A DNA stretch of 64,000 nucleotides from Leptospiraceae bacterium (GTDB taxonomy: Bacteria > Spirochaetota > Leptospiria > Leptospirales > Leptonemataceae), in contig BPKM01000008.1 of the NCBI GenBank assembly GCA_026005135.1, positions 20,250 through 84,249 on the forward strand, read 5' to 3'. Shown in pieces: positions 19,747 through 29,735 of the stretch. The position numbers and the translations under genes are program-made. The notes under the pieces were generated by a model. The model was not told the origin of the DNA and made no database searches. It saw nothing but the letters and a program-made list of their open reading frames with translations. How positions within the stretch are numbered: the stretch's first letter is position 1; each line of letters starts with the position of its first letter.

Positions 19747-19887
19747 ATGGGAGAAAAGAAGAAAGAAAAAAAAGAAAATAAAGAAGCAAAAGAAAAACAA
19801 AACGAAGCAAAACCAACCATAGAAATTGATCTTGCAGAAGAAAAACCTAAAAAAGATTTTATAAAAATTCGAGAGACAAAAAAATAA
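19747..19887 (+). CDS. 46-codon lysine/glutamate-rich ORF. Not in the ORF track.
   Basis: MGEKKKEKKENKEAKEKQNEAKPTIEIDLAEEKPKKDFIKIRETKK*. The stop is 4 nt before the next ATG. No clear RBS, and the low complexity could be chance in AT-rich DNA. Confidence 0.2.
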   Translation: MGEKKKEKKENKEAKEKQNEAKPTIEIDLAEEKPKKDFIKIRETKK

Positions 19888-19891
19888 GTTA

Positions 19892-21190
19892 ATGAATGAT
19901 TTATACGAAGTTCATACTCACCTTTATGGTTGCTTAGACGAAGATGACTTAAACTGGCTTGGAAGTAGAAAATCCCCTCGATGGCATATTTATAAAAATT
20001 CTTATTATAATATCTATAAAAAATATCCAGATTTAGAACCTCTATTTAAAAATAGAATATTTCATTCTCAGAAATTAAATGAACAACAAAAAAAAATATT
20101 ACGTTCTTATTATATATATAATAATTCAAAACCAAAAGGTTTTGTGCATTTTCAACTATGTTTTGATTTTATTATTGCCTTATCACATACAGATCCAGAA
20201 GAATTAAAAGAAATCAGTCAAAGAGTTTCTTATAAACAAAAAGAATATTATTCTGAATATAGAATGATGTTTAATCCCCGAATTAGTCCAAATGAATTTA
20301 AAGAAAAAGTATTCGCTTTAATAGAAGGTTTTTCAATTGCAAATAAAAATAATACGAAAATATCTAAACTTATCATTTCTCTAAATAGAGAATATCCCAA
20401 TTATGAATGGCAATACGAAATTTTAAAAGATATACAAAAAAAAGATCCAGACGATATCCTTATCGGTATAGATTTTGCAGGTTATGAAGAAAATGATCCT
20501 CCTATAAATAAAAAATCATTTATTGAAAAAGTTATTAAAGACAAACAATTTGTTTTTTTGTACCATGTGGGAGAAAGTTTTCAAAATAAGACTCCTTCCA
20601 GTACTATTCGATGGATATTTCAAGTTTATCAATGGGGTATTCATCGTTTAGGACATGCTACATGTTTAGCACTAACAGAAATCCAAATAAAAAATAAGTC
20701 CTATAGAGAACATGCAAAAGAAAGAATCGATCATTTAAATTTCCTAATAGAATTATATGAGTCTGGAGAAAAATGGATTCCCATTGACTACGTCCAAAAA
20801 GAAAAGAACAAAATTACTGATAAAAATCAAATATTAAACGTAATTTACGAAAATAAAGAACTACAATTACATTTAGATTTCTGGAATTATATTATCAATA
20901 ACTTAAAACAATCTGCTATTATAGAAAGCTGTCCTACTTCTAATATTAGAATTGCAGGTTTTTCTCCTTTATTCTTTTTCGAAAAACATCAATTTACTAT
21001 ATGCTTGGGAGCAGATGATCCGGGGATATTAAATACTTCTTTAGAAAAAGAATTTCAAATAGCACAAAGTATTGTTTCTAATCCAGAATTCATAAAACAA
21101 ATAAAAATTAATAACCAGAAATATTGTAGTATGAATATTTTTACCAATATGAAAAAGCAAAATTTAATGGATTCTCTAAGTTCATCATAA
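19892..21190 (+). CDS. Adenosine/AMP deaminase-family metallo-hydrolase.
   Basis: N-terminal EVHTHLYGC (HxH), YHVGES, CPTSN, GADDPGI. These are the metal/catalytic motifs of the adenosine deaminase fold. Confidence 0.7.
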   Translation: MNDLYEVHTHLYGCLDEDDLNWLGSRKSPRWHIYKNSYYNIYKKYPDLEPLFKNRIFHSQKLNEQQKKILRSYYIYNNSKPKGFVHFQLCFDFIIALSHTDPEELKEISQRVSYKQKEYYSEYRMMFNPRISPNEFKEKVFALIEGFSIANKNNTKISKLIISLNREYPNYEWQYEILKDIQKKDPDDILIGIDFAGYEENDPPINKKSFIEKVIKDKQFVFLYHVGESFQNKTPSSTIRWIFQVYQWGIHRLGHATCLALTEIQIKNKSYREHAKERIDHLNFLIELYESGEKWIPIDYVQKEKNKITDKNQILNVIYENKELQLHLDFWNYIINNLKQSAIIESCPTSNIRIAGFSPLFFFEKHQFTICLGADDPGILNTSLEKEFQIAQSIVSNPEFIKQIKINNQKYCSMNIFTNMKKQNLMDSLSSS

Positions 21191-21201
21191 AATTTATATT
21201 T

Positions 21202-22734
21202 ATGCAATCTTCAGAATTTAATCTTACTCAATATATAATAGAAAAGAATGAAAATAATATAAATAAAATAGCACTTTTATATATAGAAAATAAAAACGAG
21301 ATTATTCAATACACTTATAAAGAAATTTTCGAAAAGATTCTAAAAATTGCTCATTATTTATCAAAATACAAAATTTCTAATAAAGAACAATTTTTATTAC
21401 TACGAATGCCTTCTAATCCAAATGTATTATTTTATTTTTTTGGCAGTATTTTAGCTGGTTTTATACCAATTCCTATTTCTCGAATGCTCACTACAGAAGA
21501 AATTGAATTTATTATTAATGATGCTAAACCAGATATCATTATTTATGAACATCTACCATTACCTAAGATACAAAATCAAAATATAAAAATTTTTGAAGCT
21601 AATCAATTTATAAATGAAATTACTACTAAAAAATATATTCAAAAAAAACTACCCGAGACTTATTATAATGATCCTGCTTTTATGATATATACTTCCGGCA
21701 CAACTGGAAAACCTAAGGGAGTGATTCATGCTCAAAGAAATATTATTGGTCGAATACCTATTCAAAAAGAATGGATAGATATTACATACTCTGATATATT
21801 ATTACATGCTGGTGAATTAAACTGGACTTATACACTTGGTGTGGGTATAATGGATGTATGGGCAAATTCTAGAACAAGTATTTTAGTTGGAGATATTAGA
21901 AAAGATTTAAGTATCTGGACATGGATAATGCAACATTTTCCTGTTACAATTTTTGCTACAGTTCCAAGTCTTTATAGGAGAATCATAAAATATCATAGAG
22001 AGGATTTATCCCAGATTAAAACATTAAGACATTGTTTAACAGCAGGAGAAGCCTTAAAACCAGAATTATGGAAACAATGGACAGAATTAACACAAAAACC
22101 TCTTTACGAAGCCTTAGGTATGACAGAAATTTCTACTTATATTAGTTCAGGTCCCAATGTACCAACAAAACCAGGTAGCCCAGGCAAACCCCAAAAAGGA
22201 CGTAATGTAAGAATTATCTCTTCAGATTCACAAAATACAGAAGAATTACCAGAAAAAGAAACTGGTTTAATTGCAGTTCATAAAAGTGATCCTGGCTTAA
22301 TGCTTCGTTACCTAAATCGTCCAGAAGAAGAACAACTTGTTTTTCGTAATGAATGGTTTATTGGAGGCGATCTTGCTTATAAAGATGAAGATGGTTATTT
22401 CTGGTTTCAGGGTAGGAATAATGATTTAATGAAATCTTTTGGATATAGAGTATCTCCAATAGAAATTGAAAGTATCTTAGAAAAACATCCTTATATACAA
22501 GAAGCCTGTGTTTGCGAAATCCAAAAAAATAAGGAAATTTCTTTAATTACTGCTTTTGTTGTAAAAGATTTAGCTCATCATCTAACAGAAAGTGATATTA
22601 TCGAATATTGTAAATCTCATCTTGCAGAATATAAATGTCCAAGAAAAGTAATTTTTTTAAAAGAATTACCTCGTAATTCTTCTGGAAAAATCTTAAAAAA
22701 TATTTTAAAGCAGGAATATAATTATAAAATTTAA
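21202..22734 (+). CDS. AMP-forming acyl-CoA synthetase/ligase.
   Basis: MIYTSGTTGKPKGV (A3 motif), GEAL, GYFWFQGRNNDLMK, C-terminal SSGKILK (A10 lysine). Confidence 0.85.
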   Translation: MQSSEFNLTQYIIEKNENNINKIALLYIENKNEIIQYTYKEIFEKILKIAHYLSKYKISNKEQFLLLRMPSNPNVLFYFFGSILAGFIPIPISRMLTTEEIEFIINDAKPDIIIYEHLPLPKIQNQNIKIFEANQFINEITTKKYIQKKLPETYYNDPAFMIYTSGTTGKPKGVIHAQRNIIGRIPIQKEWIDITYSDILLHAGELNWTYTLGVGIMDVWANSRTSILVGDIRKDLSIWTWIMQHFPVTIFATVPSLYRRIIKYHREDLSQIKTLRHCLTAGEALKPELWKQWTELTQKPLYEALGMTEISTYISSGPNVPTKPGSPGKPQKGRNVRIISSDSQNTEELPEKETGLIAVHKSDPGLMLRYLNRPEEEQLVFRNEWFIGGDLAYKDEDGYFWFQGRNNDLMKSFGYRVSPIEIESILEKHPYIQEACVCEIQKNKEISLITAFVVKDLAHHLTESDIIEYCKSHLAEYKCPRKVIFLKELPRNSSGKILKNILKQEYNYKI

Positions 22735-22766
22735 AAAAAGCGATCTCGTATTTAAGATCGCTTTTA
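22735..22766. terminator. Bidirectional rho-independent terminator between convergent genes.
   Basis: AAAAGCGATCT (22736-22746) pairs with AGATCGCTTTT (22755-22765) around an 8-nt loop. A-run on one side, T-run on the other. Confidence 0.7.
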
Positions 22767-22784
22767 AATCTATTTATTTATCTT

Positions 22785-24746
22785 TTATTTATACATTGCA
22801 TCAATTTCTTTCTTAAAATGTTCTTTTATTACTGGTCTTTTCATCTTTAATGTCCTGGTCATTTCTGTTTCTAAATCAAATTGTCTTGGTACAATGTAAA
22901 AGGTATCTTTTGGTATTAATTCAAAAGATTTAAATCCATTTTTAGTATTGATAAGACGTGTTATTTCATTTCTAAAAATTTCTCTGATTTTAGGATGTTC
23001 GTTCCATTTTGTATAATCATCAGGAGCATCCGCTACTTTTTGTTTTACCAATTCAAAATTAGGAACAATTAAAGCACCAAGTGTTTTTTTCTCATCACCA
23101 ACTACCATCACCTGATCAATATATTCACTTTGTAAAAGTTTATCTTCAATGGGTACAGGTTCAATATTTTCCCCACCTGCAAGAACAATCGTATCTTTTG
23201 CTCTTCCTGCAAAAAATAACTGTCCTCTCCAGTTAATTTTCATTAAATCCCCTGTATCAAAGAAACCATCCTTATCAAATACTACTTTATTTAAATCATC
23301 ACGTTTATAATATCCTAAGGTTACTTGTGGACCTTTAATCCATAATGTTCCCTTAGCACCAGGTATATGTTTTACATCATTGCCATTTTCATCTTTTAAT
23401 TTGATCTCATAGCTTCTTAATGGTGTTCCTATGGTTCCAGGTGTAGGCTTATCAAAATCCCTTACAGAAATTACTCCGGAAGATTCTGTCATTCCATAAC
23501 CTTCTGCAACTTTAAGTCCAATTGCTGATAAAAATTTATCTACAACTTCTGGTAAAGCACTACCACCAGATAAAGAAGCTCTAAATCTTCCACCTAAGGC
23601 AGCTTTTATAGGTTTAAAAACTTTTATAGAAAGTAATTTCAAGGGAGATATTAAAATTAAAATTATTAGAGCAATCGTTCTATCCCATATATCTTTAAAA
23701 AAATTCTTTTTTTCTATTTGAAAATCATAACCTCCCAGAATACATCTATATTTATGCCAGATTTCTCCTACTTTAAGGAAGAAATAAAATATCTTTTGTT
23801 TTGCAGGCGATTCCTTCTTGATCTTTGAAATAATTCCATTATATAAATTCTCCCATATTCTTGGAACAGAAGGCATTGTTGTTGGTTTAAAATCTATTAA
23901 ATCTTGTTTCAAATTATTTATATCAGTTATCATAAATGGAAGCGGTAAATAGACATAACTATATTCTACAATTTGTTCAAAAGCATGCCATGGTGGTAAA
24001 AGACTTATACAGCTATCTCCTGGCCTTATATCAAGTTTTTCTAAACTACATCTTGCAGAAACTATCCAACCTTTTTGTGTTAACATAACTCCTTTGGGTA
24101 CACCTGTTGTTCCACTGGTATAAATTATAATAGACATTTCTTCTGGATTTAGTTCTTGATTTAAACGAAGAACATAGTCTGGTTCTTTCTCTAATTTTCT
24201 TTGTCCTTTTATCATAATATTTTCATAAACAGATAAAGGACCTTTTAATAAATAGAACTTTTCGTCTTCAAGGATAAAAATATTCTTTTTTTCTAAAGAA
24301 GGTATGTACTCTAATAAAGAAACTAATTTATCATAGGTTTTTTTATTTTGAACAATGGCAAATTTAACCTCAGAGTGATTGGCAATATATTTAATATCTT
24401 CGTCTGTTACATCTGTTGCTCTTGGAACACAAATTGCACCAGCTGTTATTATTCCCACATTCGTTATCATCCAATGATTGGAATTATCACATAAGAATAA
24501 AACCTTATCTCCTTTTTCTAATCCAATTTCTCTTAAACCAGCAGCTATTTCTTCTACCATTCGCCTCATTTCTGGAAATGTATAACCGTCTATTGTACCA
24601 TCTCCTCTTCTTCTTAAAAAACTTTTAACATCTGGATTTAATTTTTCTGCTCTTAAATACATATCAAAGAAGGTTCTGGGTTCTTCCTCAGGTAGTTTCT
24701 CCAAGGATAATTCATTTATTTTTGTATTTTCTAATACTTGTGTCAT
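22785..24746 (-). CDS. Long-chain fatty-acid--CoA ligase (FadD-like, AMP-binding).
   Basis: IIYTSGTTGVPKGVMLT, EGYGMTE, GDLMKINWRGQLFFAGRAKD. Confidence 0.85.
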   Translation of the reverse strand: MTQVLENTKINELSLEKLPEEEPRTFFDMYLRAEKLNPDVKSFLRRRGDGTIDGYTFPEMRRMVEEIAAGLREIGLEKGDKVLFLCDNSNHWMITNVGIITAGAICVPRATDVTDEDIKYIANHSEVKFAIVQNKKTYDKLVSLLEYIPSLEKKNIFILEDEKFYLLKGPLSVYENIMIKGQRKLEKEPDYVLRLNQELNPEEMSIIIYTSGTTGVPKGVMLTQKGWIVSARCSLEKLDIRPGDSCISLLPPWHAFEQIVEYSYVYLPLPFMITDINNLKQDLIDFKPTTMPSVPRIWENLYNGIISKIKKESPAKQKIFYFFLKVGEIWHKYRCILGGYDFQIEKKNFFKDIWDRTIALIILILISPLKLLSIKVFKPIKAALGGRFRASLSGGSALPEVVDKFLSAIGLKVAEGYGMTESSGVISVRDFDKPTPGTIGTPLRSYEIKLKDENGNDVKHIPGAKGTLWIKGPQVTLGYYKRDDLNKVVFDKDGFFDTGDLMKINWRGQLFFAGRAKDTIVLAGGENIEPVPIEDKLLQSEYIDQVMVVGDEKKTLGALIVPNFELVKQKVADAPDDYTKWNEHPKIREIFRNEITRLINTKNGFKSFELIPKDTFYIVPRQFDLETEMTRTLKMKRPVIKEHFKKEIDAMYK

Positions 24747-24943
24747 ATTCTCCCCCTAATTATTAATCTATTTTATAGAAAAAAAATATCTGTAAATTTT
24801 TCAATCAAAAAAATTTAGCACAAAAAGAACTTTTGAATGATAGTAAATTCTAAAAAGTCGTTTTAAAAAATTACTAAAAAATTATCCTTGCTACAGTATT
24901 ATTAAAAAAAAATTAGGATTAAAACAATATATTAGCTTATTCC

Positions 24944-25375
24944 ATGCAAAATTTAAAGGCAAAAGTTACACGTATTTTAAAATCATATCTTGATAATAAA
25001 AAAATTTTGTATATTATTAATGGTTCCATTATCTTTGGTATTAATTTAATTTTAGCATATTTTATATTTAAAATACCTTTTTCTCAAAATCATCGTATTC
25101 AAAATAATATAGCAAATATTGTAACAACAGAATTGATGGTTTTTATTTCTTTTTTTATTCATGATAATTTTACATGGAAAGGGAATACTGGTACATTTTT
25201 CTATAAAATTATTCGATACCATACTATTATGGCTGGTTCCTTAGTTGTACGTTTTATTTCTTTTTCTATTTTTGATTATATTGGTTTTCATTTTCTTATA
25301 TCAACAATTTTTAGTATTGCAATCATTATTATTTTTAATTACTTTGGTTTTGATAAGTTTGTTTTCGACAAATAG
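24944..25375 (+). CDS. GtrA-family membrane protein.
   Basis: 143 aa with four TM helices. Sits immediately upstream of a GT2 polyprenyl-phosphate glycosyltransferase. Confidence 0.65.
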   Translation: MQNLKAKVTRILKSYLDNKKILYIINGSIIFGINLILAYFIFKIPFSQNHRIQNNIANIVTTELMVFISFFIHDNFTWKGNTGTFFYKIIRYHTIMAGSLVVRFISFSIFDYIGFHFLISTIFSIAIIIIFNYFGFDKFVFDK

Positions 25376-25383
25376 GAGTTTTT

Positions 25384-26145
25384 ATGAAAAATCTTAAATA
25401 TAAATATAATGTAAGTGTTCTTGTACCAGCTTATAACGAAGAGAAAACGATTGGAATTATTCTAAATAAATTAATTAAACTTAAATTCATTAAAGAAATT
25501 ATTGTAATCAATGATTGTTCAACAGATGCTACAGAAGATATTGTTCTTTCTTTTAAGAAAAAATATCCTAAAAAAATTATTTATGAAAAATTAGCAAAAA
25601 ATTCTGGAAAGACTGCAGCCATTCGGCGTGCAAAAGAATTAGCTACTGGAGATATCATAATTATTCAAGATGCAGATTTAGAATACGATCCCGATGAAAT
25701 AGAAAGTGTTATAGAACCTATCCAAAAAGATGTGGCTGATGTGGTTTATGGAAGTCGCTTTTTAGTAAAAAAAGCTGCACGAGTATTATATTATTATCAT
25801 TATATCGCAAATAAGTTTCTTACACATCTTTCGAATCTTTTTACGAACTTAAATATGACTGATATTGAAACTTGTTATAAAGCATTTCGCAGTGAATTTT
25901 TTAAAGATATGCCATTAACAAGTAAAGGTTTTGGAATGGAAGTAGAAATTACAGCTAATATTGGTAAAATGCCAGTTCGTGTTTATGAAGTTCCCATTTC
26001 GTATTATGGAAGAACCTACGAAGAAGGGAAAAAAATTGGATTAAAAGATGGAATTTATGCTATCTGGTATATTTTTTATTTTAATTTATTTGGACGACTT
26101 AATAAACAAAGAAGAGAATTTTTAAAGCGCTTTCAGAAAAAATAA
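25384..26145 (+). CDS. Family 2 glycosyltransferase (GtrB / dolichyl-phosphate sugar synthase-like).
   Basis: [30 protein letters not shown] (DxD). Confidence 0.8.
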   Translation: MKNLKYKYNVSVLVPAYNEEKTIGIILNKLIKLKFIKEIIVINDCSTDATEDIVLSFKKKYPKKIIYEKLAKNSGKTAAIRRAKELATGDIIIIQDADLEYDPDEIESVIEPIQKDVADVVYGSRFLVKKAARVLYYYHYIANKFLTHLSNLFTNLNMTDIETCYKAFRSEFFKDMPLTSKGFGMEVEITANIGKMPVRVYEVPISYYGRTYEEGKKIGLKDGIYAIWYIFYFNLFGRLNKQRREFLKRFQKK

Positions 26146-26187
26146 AAATATTGCTATTTTATTATTCTTGATTTGATTATTTTTACA

Positions 26188-26646
26188 ATGAAGTTTGAAC
26201 GATATTATTTTTATTATGTAGATTTTGATGGTCATTTATATCATGAAAATTCCTTATTAACAGATAAAAAATTTTTAAATTTCTTTTTTAAACATATACA
26301 ATATAACAAAACAGGATATTTTGAAAATTATCCTTATATTTCTCCCTGCGGAAAAGAAATGAATTTTATAGCCTGTCCAGATACTCCTATTGTATTTCGT
26401 AATATAGAAAATCAATTCTTAATTTATGCTGGAGATCTAAAAATTTCTTTTGATCCCAACAATTTAAAATATGTTGAGGTTAGTGGACAATTGTATTATC
26501 CAGTAAATCATATTTTATATGGTAGAATAGGAAAATATGTTTTAAATGAATTAAGCAACAATATTATAGAAAAAGATGGGAAATATTTTTTTAATGATAT
26601 TGAAATTCCCACCTTTTCTTCATTTAGAGATTTAATTGGAATTTAA
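26188..26646 (+). CDS. Hypothetical protein, possibly DUF4505-like.
   Basis: The ORF is intact. I prefer ATG 26188 (MKFERYYFYYVDFDGHLY) over TTG 26173. Domain recall is uncertain. Confidence 0.5.
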   Translation: MKFERYYFYYVDFDGHLYHENSLLTDKKFLNFFFKHIQYNKTGYFENYPYISPCGKEMNFIACPDTPIVFRNIENQFLIYAGDLKISFDPNNLKYVEVSGQLYYPVNHILYGRIGKYVLNELSNNIIEKDGKYFFNDIEIPTFSSFRDLIGI

Positions 26647-26649
26647 ATT

Positions 26650-27198
26650 TTAATATAAAGGGATAGAAGGATCTATTTCTTTTGCATATCTATCTATACC
26701 ACCATCTAAGTTTTTTACATTTTTAAAACCATGGGAATAAAAATAATAGGTAGCTTCTAAAGATCTAATACCAGTATGACAATAAAAAATCATTTTCGTA
26801 TTTTTATTCCATTTTTCCAATATCTCAAAAGCTAATTCTCTTGTTAATAAAATAGAATCTGGAATTTGTGCAATTTCTCTTTCAAAAGGTTCACGAACAT
26901 CAATAATTTTCCAATCTGGTTCCTTTTTGATTAATTCTACAAATTCTTCTGGGGATAATTGTAGTTGTTTTTCTAATTCTTTTGTTTGATAAATAGAATC
27001 AATTGCTTCCTGAAGTAGATGTATTTTATTATGCTTAGCAAACACTTCTTCTAATGTTTCATCTAAGGAATAACCACAATTAGAACAACCTCCTATATGA
27101 TACTTTTGAAAAAGAATTCTTTGTGCGGAAGGATATTGTTCCATAATTTCGTACATTTTTGTTGAAGGTTTTATTTCTAAAGTTTCCATAATGTACAA
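26650..27198 (-). CDS. Rhodanese-domain protein with an N-terminal redox-disulfide-like domain.
   Basis: Active-site loop YCHTGIRS in the C-terminal half. GGCSNCG in the N-terminal ~70 aa. Confidence 0.7.
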   Translation of the reverse strand: MYIMETLEIKPSTKMYEIMEQYPSAQRILFQKYHIGGCSNCGYSLDETLEEVFAKHNKIHLLQEAIDSIYQTKELEKQLQLSPEEFVELIKKEPDWKIIDVREPFEREIAQIPDSILLTRELAFEILEKWNKNTKMIFYCHTGIRSLEATYYFYSHGFKNVKNLDGGIDRYAKEIDPSIPLY

Positions 27199-27296
27199 TT
27201 AATTATATTTCCTATAAATGAAAAGACCTTTTATAATTAAATTATGCTATTCAAAAAAATCTTTGCAATATACTTAATTTAATAAAAATGTAACTG

Positions 27297-27812
27297 ATGA
27301 AGCATATCTATTATTTTATATTATTTTTCATTTTTTTCATAGATTGTTCCAGTAATCCCATCAATCAATTTTTTAAAAAAGAATACGAGCCTATAGTAAT
27401 ATTAACATACCATGATGAAGTAAGTAGTGTTGCTATATTACTGGAAGAATTAAATTTAAAATTTCAGCCAATCTGGCCAGATGAACCATATACGCATAAC
27501 GCTTTTTCCGTAATTGTTTTAGGCGAGAAATTCCCTATAAACAAATTCAAAGAAATTTTAACATTTATACGTAATTATTACCCAGAACTTCATTATATTC
27601 AATTAGTAAAAGAAAATCCCAATATACCAGAAAAAAATCTTTATACTTTATATATTGGAGCCTCGACAGATATAGCTATAAAAAATCATTTAAAAGCATG
27701 GGATGACAAAGACTTTCAAAAACTATTAGAATTAAATTCAAAAGAAGAGATTCATCGCTATATTATGCAAAAAAATCAAGGAATTTCTATCTCTAAACCA
27801 ACGGGACAGTGA
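27297..27812 (+). CDS. Hypothetical exported protein or lipoprotein.
   Basis: N-terminal MKHIYYFILFFIFFIDCSS (signal plus Cys). No recognised domain. Confidence 0.5.
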   Translation: MKHIYYFILFFIFFIDCSSNPINQFFKKEYEPIVILTYHDEVSSVAILLEELNLKFQPIWPDEPYTHNAFSVIVLGEKFPINKFKEILTFIRNYYPELHYIQLVKENPNIPEKNLYTLYIGASTDIAIKNHLKAWDDKDFQKLLELNSKEEIHRYIMQKNQGISISKPTGQ

Positions 27813-28699
27813 TCACTTCCCATTACTTCCATTTGTATAAATGCATTTTTTACAATTGGCACAGTTTCTTCAGTAACAAAAAAATAATCAATTCTCCAGC
27901 CAACATTTCTTTCCCTTGCCCGAGTAATGGGATCCCAATAAGTATATTTACCCGGAGAAGGATCAAATTTTCTAAAAATATCTACATATCCCATAGAAAC
28001 CATTTTGTCTAAAAAGGCACGTTCTTCTGGTAAAAATCCAGAAACATTTTCATTCTCTTTGGGACGTGCTAAATCTATTTCTTTATGAGCAGTGTTAAAA
28101 TCACCTGCGATAATTAAGTATTTTTCTTTTCTTTGTTTCTCCCAGAAAGTTAAACAATATTCATAAAAATCCAGTTTATATTTTACACGCTCAGGACCTC
28201 TCTGACCATTAGGGAAATATACATTCCATAAAATAAATGTTTCAAATTCCGTAATTACAATTCTACCTTCTGCATTAAAATTATGTTTTGGTTCATCTTT
28301 TTCAAAACCAAATTGATATTTTAATGGTTTAATTTTTGTTAAAGTAGAAACTCCACAATACCCTTTTTTCTCTGAACTTACCCAATAAGAATAATAAGGA
28401 TATTTTAAAATCTTTTTGGCTGTTTTATGATGTTTTATTTGATCGAAAGTTGCTTTTGTTTCCTGAAGACAAACTATATCAGGATCCTCTTTTTCTAACC
28501 ACTCGTAAAAATTCTTAGAAGAAATAGCACGAAAACCATTTACATTCCATGTAAACAAACGTAATCTATTTTTTTTTACAGGTTCAATTTGTTCTGGTTC
28601 ATAGACTGCAAACAAAGACTCGCTTTCCGATTTCTTATTTTCTTTCGTTTTTTTTGATCTTTTAGACTTTTTCGTATTAAAAGCTTTTTTTGAAGGCAT
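27776..28699 (-). CDS. xth: Exodeoxyribonuclease III (AP endonuclease) with a lysine-rich N-terminal tail.
   Basis: LRLFTWNVNGFRA, VCLQETK, GDFNTAH, RIDYFF, SDHCPV. Confidence 0.85.
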   Translation of the reverse strand: MPSKKAFNTKKSKRSKKTKENKKSESESLFAVYEPEQIEPVKKNRLRLFTWNVNGFRAISSKNFYEWLEKEDPDIVCLQETKATFDQIKHHKTAKKILKYPYYSYWVSSEKKGYCGVSTLTKIKPLKYQFGFEKDEPKHNFNAEGRIVITEFETFILWNVYFPNGQRGPERVKYKLDFYEYCLTFWEKQRKEKYLIIAGDFNTAHKEIDLARPKENENVSGFLPEERAFLDKMVSMGYVDIFRKFDPSPGKYTYWDPITRARERNVGWRIDYFFVTEETVPIVKNAFIQMEVMGSDHCPVGLEIEIP

Positions 28700-28708
28700 A
28701 GAATAAAT

Positions 28709-28731
28709 AAAAAAAGCCCACTTTTGTGGGC
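28709..28731 (-). terminator. Rho-independent terminator downstream of flaB.
   Basis: GCCCAC (28716-21) / GTGGGC (28726-31) stem with a TTTT loop. On the minus strand a T7 run follows (A-run 28709-28715). Confidence 0.7.
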
Positions 28732-28744
28732 AAATAGAAAAAAA

Positions 28745-29590
28745 TTATCGTAATAGTTGTAAAACAGACTGAGGTCTTACATTTGCCTGTGCAAGCATTG
28801 CAGTTCCACTTTGCACAAGAATTTGATTTTTTGTAAATGCTACGGATTCTTCTGCCATATCTACATCTCTGATTCGAGATTCTGATGCCTGGGTATTTTC
28901 ATAAGCAACCATTAATCCTTTTGCAGCATGTTCTAATCTATTGTAATAAGCACCAAGATCTGCTCGTTGCTTGTTAATTCTATGAAGTGCTGCATCTAAA
29001 ATACCAATCGCATCATTCGCGAACTCCGCCGTAGATAAAGTCAATAATGATCCATCATATCGTTTTAAATTCAGTGAACGAGATGTCATAGTTTGAATAT
29101 AAACTCTTTCTCTTTGATGTTGATTTGGTCCAATATGAAACCACATAGAAGAAATTCTGGAACCTCTTGCAAAATCACCTTGAAATAAATTCATCTTATT
29201 AAACTCTGCCTGGGAAGCAATTCTATCCACTTCATCTATTAACTGAGAAACTTCTACTTGAATCATCTGACGGTCTTCTGCTGTATAAATACCGTTAGAG
29301 GATTGAACTGCTAATACTCTAATTCTTTGAAGTATGTCAGCCAATTCCTGTAAATAACCTTCTGCGGTTTGAATTAAACTCATACCGTCTTCTGTATTCC
29401 TTTCTGCCTGACGTAAGCCATTTATCTGCGCTCTCATTTTTTCAGATACCGCTAAACCAGAAGCATCATCTCCTGCACGATTAATACGTAAACCAGAAGA
29501 AAGTTTTTCCATGTTTTTGTCAACAGCCCATTGTTGGAATTTTAAAACTCTATGGGAGTTTATAGCTGATAAGTTATGGTTAATTATCAT
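28745..29590 (-). CDS. flaB: Periplasmic flagellar core flagellin, FlaB family.
   Basis: [14 protein letters not shown]..., [47 protein letters not shown]. Close to Leptospira-type FlaB. GGAGG RBS. Confidence 0.95.
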   Translation of the reverse strand: MIINHNLSAINSHRVLKFQQWAVDKNMEKLSSGLRINRAGDDASGLAVSEKMRAQINGLRQAERNTEDGMSLIQTAEGYLQELADILQRIRVLAVQSSNGIYTAEDRQMIQVEVSQLIDEVDRIASQAEFNKMNLFQGDFARGSRISSMWFHIGPNQHQRERVYIQTMTSRSLNLKRYDGSLLTLSTAEFANDAIGILDAALHRINKQRADLGAYYNRLEHAAKGLMVAYENTQASESRIRDVDMAEESVAFTKNQILVQSGTAMLAQANVRPQSVLQLLR

Positions 29591-29651
29591 ATCGTTTCCT
29601 CCATGAAACTTATTTTAAGAGCATCCATGCTCTTTTTTCAATTTGTTTATA

Positions 29652-29679
29652 ACTTCGGGAAATTTGGATTTTAAAATTA
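29652..29679 (-). promoter_or_regulatory. Weak sigma28-like promoter candidate upstream of flaB.
   Basis: The minus strand reads TAATTTTA-N12-CCCGAAGT. This partly matches TAAA-N15-GCCGATAA, with the core CGA present. Confidence 0.25.
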
Positions 29680-29735
29680 GAGTTAGTTGTAATTTTTTAG
29701 TTGTTCTTCGAAATTTTTTTATTTAATCTAATAAT

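Noticed and set aside
19892-21190. The adenosine deaminase-like gene as a RADAR (RdrB) defence component.
   Set aside because: At 432 aa it is far smaller than RdrB. There is no adjacent RdrA-type ATPase, and the neighbours are metabolic (acyl-CoA ligases, DoxX).
24944-26145. gtrA plus GT2 as a phage-derived gtrABC serotype-conversion module.
   Set aside because: There is no gtrC-like polytopic glucosyltransferase, integrase or phage gene nearby. The composition looks native.
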